From IMG/VR virus record IMGVR_UViG_3300018079_000001, positions 37,822 through 101,821 of that record: 64,000 bases of DNA; one strand, given 5' to 3'. The DNA is from a virus. Positions 28,397 to 37,228 of the stretch are shown here, piece by piece (the stretch's first letter is position 1; every line of letters begins with the position of its first letter). The notes below the pieces were generated by a model. The model did no database searches. It was not told the origin of the DNA and saw only the letters and a list, made by a program, of their open reading frames with translations. The position numbers and the translations under genes are program-made.

Positions 28397-29616
28397 AGTT
28401 GAAGGCGAAGACGCCAGCGCTACCGTGCGAGGGCTGCCCGTACGAGTCGAGGCGGTGCAAGATTACGCCCGTGATCCCCTCTGCTCCTCGTCTGCTAGTG
28501 GTCGGTGACGCGCCTGACGAGGGCTCGGAATTCACCATGACCCCCTTTTCCGGACCTGAACAGGAATTGATCACTTCTGCCCTGGCTGCCGTGGGGTACG
28601 GTGAGGCGGATGTGGCCTACCTGAACCTGACGCGCTGTAGGGCGGCAGGTGATGACTTGACCGGGCCGGTGCACCTGAAGGCCGAGAAGCGTTGCCGGAA
28701 ATTCCTGGAGCCTGACCTGACCCGCACAGAGGTTTCCGGAATACCCCTACTTTTGCTCGGGGAACGTGCCCTACACCGTTTCTGGAAAGAGGAGGGCCGC
28801 AAGCCGACCGTGGGCGCCTACCGTGGACTGTGGATCGAGGCCAAGCAAATCACGCCTGGGCGTAAGGCGTTCGTGGCGCGGCATCCGCGCGAGGTTCTGC
28901 GCGACCGCGCAATCGACGCACGTTCTGCGGAGTTTAAGGCTGATATTCGCCGCATGGCTGTCAGCCTGACTGACGCACCGCTGGCCCTGATCAAGCGTGA
29001 AGTCTATGCGACCGTCCGCGAAGCGCGTGAGGCTGGTTTCTTCGAGCGTCTTGCTGCTTTGACTACACCGTGGGCGTTCGACATCGAGGCGTACGACGCC
29101 GTCGAGTTCCCGTCCCGCAAATTCGTGTCCACCGATCCCTGTCACCCGGACTTTCGTTTGCGTGGTATCGCGTTCGCGTGGGCGACCGACGAGGGCGCGT
29201 ATGTGGACCTGAAGGAAGCCTCTGAGAGCGGCGATCTGCTCGAAGCATCTGAGGCACTGACACCGTGCTTCGCTAGCGATGCCGATAAGTGGGCGTTCTC
29301 CGGGCACTACGATGAAGAGGGTGTGGTCTACACGAAGGTCGCGGCGGACGGTGTGCACAACCGGGCTGGCGATGGCATGCTCGCCATGATCGCGCTCGGC
29401 GACGGTACGCACGATTCTCTACGCCTAGAGAAAGCCGTGGTAGACGTGCTTGGGAAGCCTCAGTATTGGCAGGGCTTCGATAAGTCCATGATGCGTGATG
29501 TATCGCTGGCAGACGTGGCTGATGGAGCGATCGGCGACGCCTGCTACACGTTCGAGTTGTGCACTGATCTTCACGACCGCATCCGTCGCGAAGACTATCT
29601 GCTATGGGGGAACTGA
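28393..29616 (+). CDS. DNA polymerase A N-terminal part: UDG family-4-like + 3'-5' exonuclease domains
   Basis: CEGCP, VVGDAP, PFSGP, NLTRCR and RHP (UDG); AFDIE ExoI, HYD ExoII and DA..T ExoIII. Confidence 0.8.
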   Translation: MKLKAKTPALPCEGCPYESRRCKITPVIPSAPRLLVVGDAPDEGSEFTMTPFSGPEQELITSALAAVGYGEADVAYLNLTRCRAAGDDLTGPVHLKAEKRCRKFLEPDLTRTEVSGIPLLLLGERALHRFWKEEGRKPTVGAYRGLWIEAKQITPGRKAFVARHPREVLRDRAIDARSAEFKADIRRMAVSLTDAPLALIKREVYATVREAREAGFFERLAALTTPWAFDIEAYDAVEFPSRKFVSTDPCHPDFRLRGIAFAWATDEGAYVDLKEASESGDLLEASEALTPCFASDADKWAFSGHYDEEGVVYTKVAADGVHNRAGDGMLAMIALGDGTHDSLRLEKAVVDVLGKPQYWQGFDKSMMRDVSLADVADGAIGDACYTFELCTDLHDRIRREDYLLWGN

Positions 29617-29618
29617 CT

Positions 29619-30125
29619 GTGGCTGACACGACAAATCCGAAGGACTTGCTCGGCGTGAAGAAGACACCGCTCCGTCTCGTACCGCCCGCGCTGAGCATCT
29701 GGACTGCGGGTGTGATGGCGACCGGCAAATCGAAGTACGGGGAACTGTACGACGTGTGGGGCTATGACGGCATGAACTGGCGCATGAAGGCCGTTCGCCT
29801 GTCGGTGTACCTCGAAGCGATCGAGCGACACCTGAACGCCACGAAAGACGGGCAGTGGTTCGACGAGGAAGACGGCATGCCGCACGTGGCGCATATCTCG
29901 GCGTGCGTGTGCATCATCCTTGACGCCTGGGCATGCGAGCAATTGATCGTTGACCTACCGCCGCGTGGCACAGCAGCCGAGCAGATGAAGCTGGTCGAGA
30001 AGATTCTCGCCGAGCATGCGGACATCCTGACTGCGCACGAGACGAAGCAACGGGAGCGTAAGAAGAACGAACCGAAGCCTGACATCGAACACGAAGAGCA
30101 CGACGGCGTCGAGCAGAACGCATGA
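29619..30125 (+). CDS. dATP/dGTP diphosphohydrolase-domain protein (DUF5664-like)
   Basis: NPKD..G.KK.PL.LVP...G..KYG...NWR...A.ERH......G...D.E.G.PH.AH. Confidence 0.8.
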   Translation: MADTTNPKDLLGVKKTPLRLVPPALSIWTAGVMATGKSKYGELYDVWGYDGMNWRMKAVRLSVYLEAIERHLNATKDGQWFDEEDGMPHVAHISACVCIILDAWACEQLIVDLPPRGTAAEQMKLVEKILAEHADILTAHETKQRERKKNEPKPDIEHEEHDGVEQNA

Positions 30126-30274
30126 AAAAGAAAACGCATCGGAAGGTGCGCTGCTGGACCTGTCGTCGCATGATCCGACGCTATAATGGAAACTGGTGCT
30201 ACGGGTGTTTGCATTATCAGTGTGTGACGTGTGCAGGTGCGGGACGCGGGCACGCTCGGGGGCTTATGCAGTGA
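30122..30274 (+). CDS. 50-aa Cys-rich zinc-finger protein (not in ORF track)
   Basis: CWTC...CYGC...CVTC; coupled at both ends. Confidence 0.5.
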   Translation: MKKKTHRKVRCWTCRRMIRRYNGNWCYGCLHYQCVTCAGAGRGHARGLMQ

Positions 30275-31995
30275 AGCTGGACACGTACTATCGCCAAATC
30301 CTAGTGCCGGCGAACGTCGCCATCTCGGCGATCCGGCGCGCAGGTCTGCCGATTGACGTGGAGCGCACACGTGAGCTACGCGCCACGTGGACGAAAGAGT
30401 TGGAGATCGAGAAACGGTTCGTCGAGGGCGAGGCTGCGAAGCGTGGCGTTGTGTTGAAGTACAGCGACGACAAGCACGGCATCGCAGCGAAAAAACTCTC
30501 GGACTTCCTGTTCAAGAAGCCGGGGCTCGGGCTCGACTTCCCGGAGCAGATGAAATCTTGGGAGATGCGGCAGATGTTGATGGAGGGCCAGAAGTACGAC
30601 TTCTCGACGGGCGCGGAAGTGCTCGCGTGGTTCGCGTCGCTGTCGGTGCCGAAGCCGGATGACAACCCGGTGGTGCGCTCGGTCCTTCGTGTGCGCTCGC
30701 TGGCGGGCTCCATCTCGAAGTATATGGACAAGTTCGAGCGGATGCAGCGCGCGGACGGTGCCGTGCATGCGTCGTTCAATTGGGCACTCCGCACGTCGCG
30801 CATCTCGGCGTCGAATCCTCCGATCCACGGCATCACAGAGCGGTCGGATGCGTACGTCGCGGCAGGTATCAAGTCGTGCATTGTGCCGCGCGTCGCACCG
30901 TACCGCGTCCGTGAGTGGGACCCGAAGAAAGGCAACTTCGGTGGATGGGACCCGCGCAAGCACGGGTGGTGCGGTCGGTGGGACATCAGCGGAGCCGAGG
31001 CGGCGATCCGTGCCGGCGTGCTCACGTTCCGATACTGTGAGCAGCCGGAGCCGATCGCGTGGGAGTACATTCGCCTGGGTAAGGACATTCACGGCAAGAC
31101 GGCGAGCCTGATCTATAACGTACCGGACGGGACGTATGCGAAGGGCTCGTACGAACGCGATGCGGTTGGCAAGCAGACGTTCTTTGCTAAAATCTTCGGG
31201 GCCAACTGGCGCACTGTGCAGGGCACCATCTGGAAGAAGGCTCGGCTGTGGCTCCCTGACGATCAGGCGCAGAAGACAGACACCAACTTCGATAAGGGCT
31301 ACCCTGGCCTGGTCGAGCTATACAACTACGACAAGATCACCCTTGGGCAACGGGCTGCTGACTCGCCTAACAATGTCGGCTGGTGCGTGGACGCATACGG
31401 TCGTCGTCGCTCAATCCCCCTTCCGGAGGGGGTTTCGTTCGACGAAGCCTACGCGGGTGCGTGGGGTGCGGACCCGAAGTTCCCTGGCTATTCGTTTGAT
31501 ACGGGGAACGAGCGGACCGAGAAAGAGATGAAGCGGCAACTGAACCACGCCTTTCACGTCATGGCGAATACGCCGACACAATCAATGAATGCCACGGACA
31601 ATTTTTGGATGTTGGCTTTGGCGTACCACGGTGAGGGCCTGGTCGAGGAGATGGGCGGGCTACAGGTGCCGTCTATGTGGGCCGCCGAGGGTGTGCAGTT
31701 CCCCGAGGCTGCCGGCTGGCAGATGCACGAGGGGGCCGGTCCTGGCGGGCGCCCGCTCATGGCGTGGCACAACAACACGGTGCATGACTCGGGCTGGTTC
31801 GACGGGGCTCCGGGGCATATTGAGCCGACTATGATGCTCCTGTGGCGTCGTTGCCACGCGTTGCCGCTCGACTGGCGGCTCGAAGCTGATGTGCCCTACC
31901 GGATCGACCTGAGCGTCGGACCGGACATGGCGAACCTCTGTGACTACAATCTCGTGGCGAAAGAATTTGGTCTGACGCCCATGCCGAAAAGGTGA
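30271..31995 (+). CDS. DNA polymerase family A, polymerase domain
   Basis: RTSRISASNP, motif A WDISGAE, DIHG.TA, motif B RDAVGKQTFFAKIFG, NTPTQS, motif C VHDS. Confidence 0.9.
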   Translation: MKLDTYYRQILVPANVAISAIRRAGLPIDVERTRELRATWTKELEIEKRFVEGEAAKRGVVLKYSDDKHGIAAKKLSDFLFKKPGLGLDFPEQMKSWEMRQMLMEGQKYDFSTGAEVLAWFASLSVPKPDDNPVVRSVLRVRSLAGSISKYMDKFERMQRADGAVHASFNWALRTSRISASNPPIHGITERSDAYVAAGIKSCIVPRVAPYRVREWDPKKGNFGGWDPRKHGWCGRWDISGAEAAIRAGVLTFRYCEQPEPIAWEYIRLGKDIHGKTASLIYNVPDGTYAKGSYERDAVGKQTFFAKIFGANWRTVQGTIWKKARLWLPDDQAQKTDTNFDKGYPGLVELYNYDKITLGQRAADSPNNVGWCVDAYGRRRSIPLPEGVSFDEAYAGAWGADPKFPGYSFDTGNERTEKEMKRQLNHAFHVMANTPTQSMNATDNFWMLALAYHGEGLVEEMGGLQVPSMWAAEGVQFPEAAGWQMHEGAGPGGRPLMAWHNNTVHDSGWFDGAPGHIEPTMMLLWRRCHALPLDWRLEADVPYRIDLSVGPDMANLCDYNLVAKEFGLTPMPKR

Positions 31996-32003
31996 AGTAT
32001 CAT

Positions 32004-32020
32004 TGATCCTACTAAGTAGG
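32004..32020 (+). promoter_or_regulatory. 17-bp element copy 4
   Basis: Exact repeat before the UvsY-like/ssb/recA operon. Confidence 0.8.
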
Positions 32021-32029
32021 GGGACGAAC

Positions 32030-32560
32030 GTGTCTGACATCAAGCCAGTACCAGTGACCGTGAACACGAAAGGGTTCGACTACGACCTGTCCAAGCAGGC
32101 CGAGATCGCAACCAACTACGACGCCTTGAATGAGGCCCTGGCGACCAACCCCGGCCGCTACGCCGTGTGGGGTGTGCTCGAAGCGAGTGCCCGCAAGGTG
32201 CACGAGGCCCTGGAAAGCAAGCTGGACATCCTCGAAGCGGAACTGTTCGAGGAGTATCGCGCGTCGATCGGCTCACCTGTGGACGCCATCAAAGCGAACG
32301 TCAAGAAGGACCCACGCCGGGTGAAGCTGCAAGAAGATGTCCTCGAAGCCAAAGCCAATGTGGAACTACTTCTCGTCGGTCGCAAGACAATCGGCGAGCA
32401 GAAGAAGGATTCATTGCTCGCTCTAGCCTCGAATATCCGCGCGGAGATGCAAAGCCGCATCGGGAACATAGGCTACGTGAGCGAGCGACAGAAGCGCGAC
32501 CTGGAAGAGCGCGCACGGGGAAGTCGTGGACCCGCAAGCCCACGGCGCAGCGGTAACTAA
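32030..32560 (+). CDS. UvsY-like recombination mediator
   Basis: Helical; KKDSLLALASNIRAEM C-terminal pattern; next to ssb and recA. Confidence 0.6.
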   Translation: MSDIKPVPVTVNTKGFDYDLSKQAEIATNYDALNEALATNPGRYAVWGVLEASARKVHEALESKLDILEAELFEEYRASIGSPVDAIKANVKKDPRRVKLQEDVLEAKANVELLLVGRKTIGEQKKDSLLALASNIRAEMQSRIGNIGYVSERQKRDLEERARGSRGPASPRRSGN

Positions 32561-32604
32561 AGCCCGATAGGCCGCAAGGCATAGGGGCAGAGGGGAAACG
32601 AGTC

Positions 32605-33615
32605 ATGGCAGGTTTGAGTGCGGCAGTCAAAGCGGAGATGCAGAAGCGGGCGCAGGAAGTGAAGGACCGCCAAGCGGCGGGTACATTCACGAAGAACTTC
32701 TCACTCACCGGCAAGAACGCGATCGTCGAGCCGGGCGGGGAAGTGATTGTTCGGTTCGGTCCACGGTGGACCATCGCACTCCTGGTCAACGGAAAGCTGG
32801 CGATGAACCCGGAGTACAAGTCCGGCGAAGAGCCGATCTTTGTCGGGGCGTGGGAACACTGGTGGGACACGGCGGATGGCAAGACCACGCACGAGTGGTG
32901 CCCGAAGACGATCAACCGTGAGGCCGAGTGCCCGGTGTGCATCGCGGCGTCGATCCTCATGAAGAGTGCCGAGGAGAGCGAGCGCAAGTATGGCAAGCGC
33001 ATCGCGGCGAAGGAAGTGTTCATCTTCAACGCGGTGGTTGGTGTGCCCCGCAAGCTGGCGGACGGCAAGGCCGACCTTCGCACCATCTCGGTGCCTGGCA
33101 CCGTCTATACTCAAGTGTCGGACATCATGACAGGTGGCGAGACGGAGTCGTTCGCTCGCGGCAACGTGGGCGATCACGCCGAGGGTTACGACCTGAAGTT
33201 CACGCGTCCCCGCAAGGACGGCAACGACAGATGGGCTGTCACGTGCGCGCCGAATCCGTCGCCGCTGTACGACGCGAAGCAGGCGCAAGCGTTCGCGGGC
33301 TGGCCGGGCATGCTGGTCAACCTCGAAGAGATGCTGACGAAGGAAACGAAGACGGGCCTGGAACTGTTCAAGGCGTACTACGGCCGGGACCCCGAGGGCG
33401 ACGAAGTAACCCCGGGCCTGGCGTCCGGTGCTCCTGCTCCCGAAGTCGAGCCCGAAGCAGAGGCTCAGCAGGAAGCCGCGCCCGAGCCAATTCTCGACGA
33501 GTTCATGCCGAAGCCGGCAGGGATTCAGACTCCCCGTAGCACACCGCCCGTGCCGACGCCACCGAAGGCGACGCCACCGGCTCGGTCGGCTTCGCGTACA
33601 GGAGGTAGACGGTAA
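32605..33615 (+). CDS. gp32-like single-stranded DNA-binding protein
   Basis: VRF.P, EH...CP......CPVC, GYDL motifs; low-complexity tail. Confidence 0.75.
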   Translation: MAGLSAAVKAEMQKRAQEVKDRQAAGTFTKNFSLTGKNAIVEPGGEVIVRFGPRWTIALLVNGKLAMNPEYKSGEEPIFVGAWEHWWDTADGKTTHEWCPKTINREAECPVCIAASILMKSAEESERKYGKRIAAKEVFIFNAVVGVPRKLADGKADLRTISVPGTVYTQVSDIMTGGETESFARGNVGDHAEGYDLKFTRPRKDGNDRWAVTCAPNPSPLYDAKQAQAFAGWPGMLVNLEEMLTKETKTGLELFKAYYGRDPEGDEVTPGLASGAPAPEVEPEAEAQQEAAPEPILDEFMPKPAGIQTPRSTPPVPTPPKATPPARSASRTGGRR

Positions 33616-33845
33616 CAGTCGCCAGCCGTGGGGCCACGGGGCGTCTGCGATAGCCCCGTGAAAAATACCACGGCCCGGTTCAAATGCGTGACCTGACTGA
33701 TACGTCAGCCAGCCGGGTTTTCCCCGGGGTCCGGTTGACGTAGTGACCGAAGCGCAGAGGCAAGACATCATCCGGGGCGGGAGTGGGGTCAGGCGCCCTT
33801 GCGGTGGTGCTGTTCACGAAACGTGAAAAAGGGAGAAAGCTGAAC

Positions 33846-35006
33846 ATGAGCGCAGACGAGAGAAAAGCACTGATCAAACTCGGCGTCGCTGCCGTGAAGA
33901 GATCGTACAAGGGTTCCACCATCGACATCGCCACGCGAGCGCTCGAATACCCGAGCGTGTTCGTGAGTACGGGTGCGTTATCGCTGGACCGTCTGTTCTC
34001 GGGGCGCAACCCTGGCGGTGTGCCGATCGGCCCACGGTTCGGGCGCACGGTGCACATTGCGGGTGAGTGGTCCACCGCGAAGTCACTGATTCTTGACCAT
34101 CTGTTCCGCTCTGTCATTGTGGACCTGAAAGGGCTCGCGGTGTGCACGGAGACGGAAGGCACACGCGACCCGCACTTCGCCGACGCGATCAAGTTGCCGC
34201 TCGACTTGCTGACGATGCAGCGGCCGAAGTCGTTCGAGGAGGGCTTCGACATCTTCGAGGCTTGGCACGACGCGATTCGTAAGGAAGACGAGGGCATTCC
34301 GATCCTGTGGGGTTGGGACTCACTGGACTCGACGGAGTCCGAGAAGAGTGCGGGCAAAGCGTTCACCGATAGTGGCGGCTGGCACTACGGTGGCGGACGT
34401 GCGGAGATGTTGGGTGCTGGCCTGCGACGGTTCTCGGGCATCTCGTCGAAGTACCCGACGACTCTGGTCATGCTCAATCAGACGCGTGACAACGTCGGCG
34501 TGATGTTCGGACCGAAGAAGCGAACCCCGGGCGGCAACCCGCCGCACTTCTATGCGACGCTGGAAATCATGCTCAAGGGCTCGCCCCGTCCAGACGGCGG
34601 TTTCGTCCGTGACGCGGTGAAAGAGATGGGTCTGACGAAGGAAGCCGAGAAGCGCTTGGGCTTGGCGTATATCAAGGACGCGGGGCGGGTACGTGGTCGG
34701 TACATTCAGGCGAAGGTCACGAAGACGAAGATGGCGTTGACGTTCGACACGACGGCGGACTTCTACGTGGACTTTCAGAAGGGCATGAATCCGTGGGAGG
34801 GCCTGCAAGAGCGGCTGATGTTCGAGGGTCTGCTCGGCACTGGATCGGACGGTATGTCGGACTTCGATATGGCCGGCAAGAAGTTCTCCAACAAGACGGA
34901 TTGGCTGAAGTGGCTTTCCGAGCGACTGAACAAAGGTGAGTACGAGGAAGTGGGCCTCGGGGTCCGTGAAGAGGAGAAGCCAGATGCAGCGGTGCTCGAA
35001 GCGTAG
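33846..35006 (+). CDS. recA: RecA/UvsX recombinase
   Basis: STG..SLD, GEWSTAKS (variant Walker A), WDS, LNQTRD.VGVMFG...TPGG. Confidence 0.9.
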   Translation: MSADERKALIKLGVAAVKRSYKGSTIDIATRALEYPSVFVSTGALSLDRLFSGRNPGGVPIGPRFGRTVHIAGEWSTAKSLILDHLFRSVIVDLKGLAVCTETEGTRDPHFADAIKLPLDLLTMQRPKSFEEGFDIFEAWHDAIRKEDEGIPILWGWDSLDSTESEKSAGKAFTDSGGWHYGGGRAEMLGAGLRRFSGISSKYPTTLVMLNQTRDNVGVMFGPKKRTPGGNPPHFYATLEIMLKGSPRPDGGFVRDAVKEMGLTKEAEKRLGLAYIKDAGRVRGRYIQAKVTKTKMALTFDTTADFYVDFQKGMNPWEGLQERLMFEGLLGTGSDGMSDFDMAGKKFSNKTDWLKWLSERLNKGEYEEVGLGVREEEKPDAAVLEA

Positions 35007-35165
35007 TCTGACGTTCTGCCGCAATCGTGTGGGCCAGAACCGCTACTGTGTGTGCGGGAAGCCTGAAGGTCATGGTCTATCGCGCGACGAGCGTGATCCT
35101 CAATTGCACGCGTGTGCGTGGTGTGAGGGTGACTTCGTTCAGGCACAGACGAGCGAGGGCGGCGC

Positions 35166-36137
35166 ATGAAGGTGCCACGCCGGGGTAGTGTAAGAGCACG
35201 CGCCCGTTCCACGGGTGTAGAGACGGTTTCGCCCGTTCCCCCGGCTCCAATTTCAACTCCGCTGTTTGAAATAGACCCAATGAAAATTCGTATTGTGGCT
35301 GCGCCAACTTCTGAAGTAGCAAAGCTCCAGCCGCTTATGTCGAAGGCGATCTGGCGTCCGTACGGGAGAAGGCTTGCTTTCAAGGTCGTCTATGACGATG
35401 CGCTTTTGGGTATAGTGTTTCTTACGTGTCCAGTTATTCAATTGACAGCTCGTGACCAAGCATTTGCATTTGCTACTAACGGGATGCTTCCGCTCCCCGG
35501 AAAAGGACAGCGAGATTCTAAAGGCCGAAAGCGCACAGATATTCTGAAGCACTATGCAGAAATGTCGATCTGTGTAGGAGCGCAGCCGATCGGGTGGTAT
35601 TGGAATTTGGGGAAGTTATGCGCCATGCTTGCGACCACTTTATCGGATGAATGGCGAGAACATCTGTGGGCAAACGCCCCGCATCATGTTGATCTATACG
35701 GAATCACGACTACATCTCTGAATGGAGGAAAGTGGAGCGGACGCGGGACTCAGTACAGTAGGATTTATAAATACCTCGGAGAAACCAAAGGCTTCGGCCA
35801 TGAACACATTTCGGAGGAACGCTATCAAGGCATGCTCCAGTGGATGCGCGATAATCGCGTAGAAATTCCTAGTTCAAAATTCGGTGCTGGTAGTAACCCT
35901 CGGATGCGGCGTATTCTAGCGTACCGCAGGGCGAGTGGGGATAACGAGGTTACTCTGAAGCATGGTAAGAAGCGTGGTGTTTATTATGCTCAAGCGCGTC
36001 CTACGTCGGAGCGTCCACTGGTCATTAAGGAGTGGTACGAACGTTGGGGAAAGCCGCGCTATGATCGGACCAAGAATCTTACGGCTCCGTATCAAGATGG
36101 AAAAAGTACCCGACAATCTACTGGAGACAAAGTATGA
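35166..36137 (+). CDS. DruA/DUF4338-like (GNAT-related) protein
   Basis: GRRL.F.V...LLG...L..PV..L..RD, GAQP....LGKL.A.L, ITTTS, QYSR...LGETKG.G; lower GC. Confidence 0.7.
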   Translation: MKVPRRGSVRARARSTGVETVSPVPPAPISTPLFEIDPMKIRIVAAPTSEVAKLQPLMSKAIWRPYGRRLAFKVVYDDALLGIVFLTCPVIQLTARDQAFAFATNGMLPLPGKGQRDSKGRKRTDILKHYAEMSICVGAQPIGWYWNLGKLCAMLATTLSDEWREHLWANAPHHVDLYGITTTSLNGGKWSGRGTQYSRIYKYLGETKGFGHEHISEERYQGMLQWMRDNRVEIPSSKFGAGSNPRMRRILAYRRASGDNEVTLKHGKKRGVYYAQARPTSERPLVIKEWYERWGKPRYDRTKNLTAPYQDGKSTRQSTGDKV

Positions 36138-37228
36138 AGATCGTCGTTACGGCAGACGTGCATGTGCATCCCTACCCTATCTGTTCCCGTGACCACGGCG
36201 CGGATCGTTTGCGTGATGGGCTTGCGACGCTTCGACAGTCGCTTGATTTAGCGATGAAGCACGACGCGCTCTGGATCATGGCGGGCGACTTCAAGATGCC
36301 GAAGACAAACTGGCCGCAAGAGGCCCTGACGGGGGCGCACGAAATCCTTCGCGAGTATCACCTGGTCGCAAAGTACATGATCGCAGGGAATCACGACGCA
36401 CTCGGGCTCGGTGGTTCGGGTCTGTCGCCGTTCATGGACTGTGTGACGGTTATTGAGCGGGAGGCTGAGGAACATCGCGGCATTTTGTTCGTGCCATACG
36501 GTGCGGACCTGACTCCGGTGAAGAAGAACAAGCACCTGCCAATCGTGTCGCACGGGTTCATCAAGGGCGTGTTCCTGGGTCCGGAAGACGTGAGGAAGCC
36601 AGACAAGGGTGTGGACATCGAAGACTACGGTCCATTCCCGGTAGCGTTCTTCGGTGACATTCACAAGGCGCAGTACCGTGTGCCTGCTGATCCGACAATC
36701 GGTCGCAACGCGGCGTGGTTGCCGATCAGCAAAGCCGGGCTCGTGCGTGGTAAGGGCCTGGGCGGTCCAGGATGGAAGGGTGAAGTGTTCTACCCTGGCT
36801 CGCCCTACATGCAAAATTGGGGTGAACGCAACGACGGTGTGAAGGGTTTCCTGGTCGCAGACCTGAAGACGGGCCAGGTGGACATGGTCGAGTCCAACGC
36901 GCCGCGCTTTCTGCACGTCGAGCTAGTTGACTGCGAGATGCTGCCGAATGACCTGATCAACGCTGGTACGGAGAACTTCGTGCGCATCATCACTGATTCC
37001 GCGAAGTGGACACAGCAGGCTCTCGAAGCAAAGGGTCTGACGTTCCGCTCGCTGCAAGTCATCGAGCGTCCACGCGCCGAGAAGCGGACAACACGGCCAG
37101 TGATTCACGCGGGCATGGACTTCGACGAGATGATGTCCGGTTACATGAAGGCGCACCCGGTGCCGGCTGGTGTGGACGAGGCGCAAGTGGTGAACGCGAT
37201 GCGCAATCTCTACAGGGGCGAAGCATGA
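36134..37228 (+). CDS. SbcD/Mre11-like nuclease
   Basis: ADVH, GD, GNHD, SH, GDIH and YPGSP.Q.NWGE motifs. Confidence 0.9.
   Translation: MKIVVTADVHVHPYPICSRDHGADRLRDGLATLRQSLDLAMKHDALWIMAGDFKMPKTNWPQEALTGAHEILREYHLVAKYMIAGNHDALGLGGSGLSPFMDCVTVIEREAEEHRGILFVPYGADLTPVKKNKHLPIVSHGFIKGVFLGPEDVRKPDKGVDIEDYGPFPVAFFGDIHKAQYRVPADPTIGRNAAWLPISKAGLVRGKGLGGPGWKGEVFYPGSPYMQNWGERNDGVKGFLVADLKTGQVDMVESNAPRFLHVELVDCEMLPNDLINAGTENFVRIITDSAKWTQQALEAKGLTFRSLQVIERPRAEKRTTRPVIHAGMDFDEMMSGYMKAHPVPAGVDEAQVVNAMRNLYRGEA

Noticed and set aside
29617-30270. Group I intron or intein splitting the polymerase
   Set aside because: The gap is filled by two coupled ORFs, with no homing-endonuclease or intron core motifs visible
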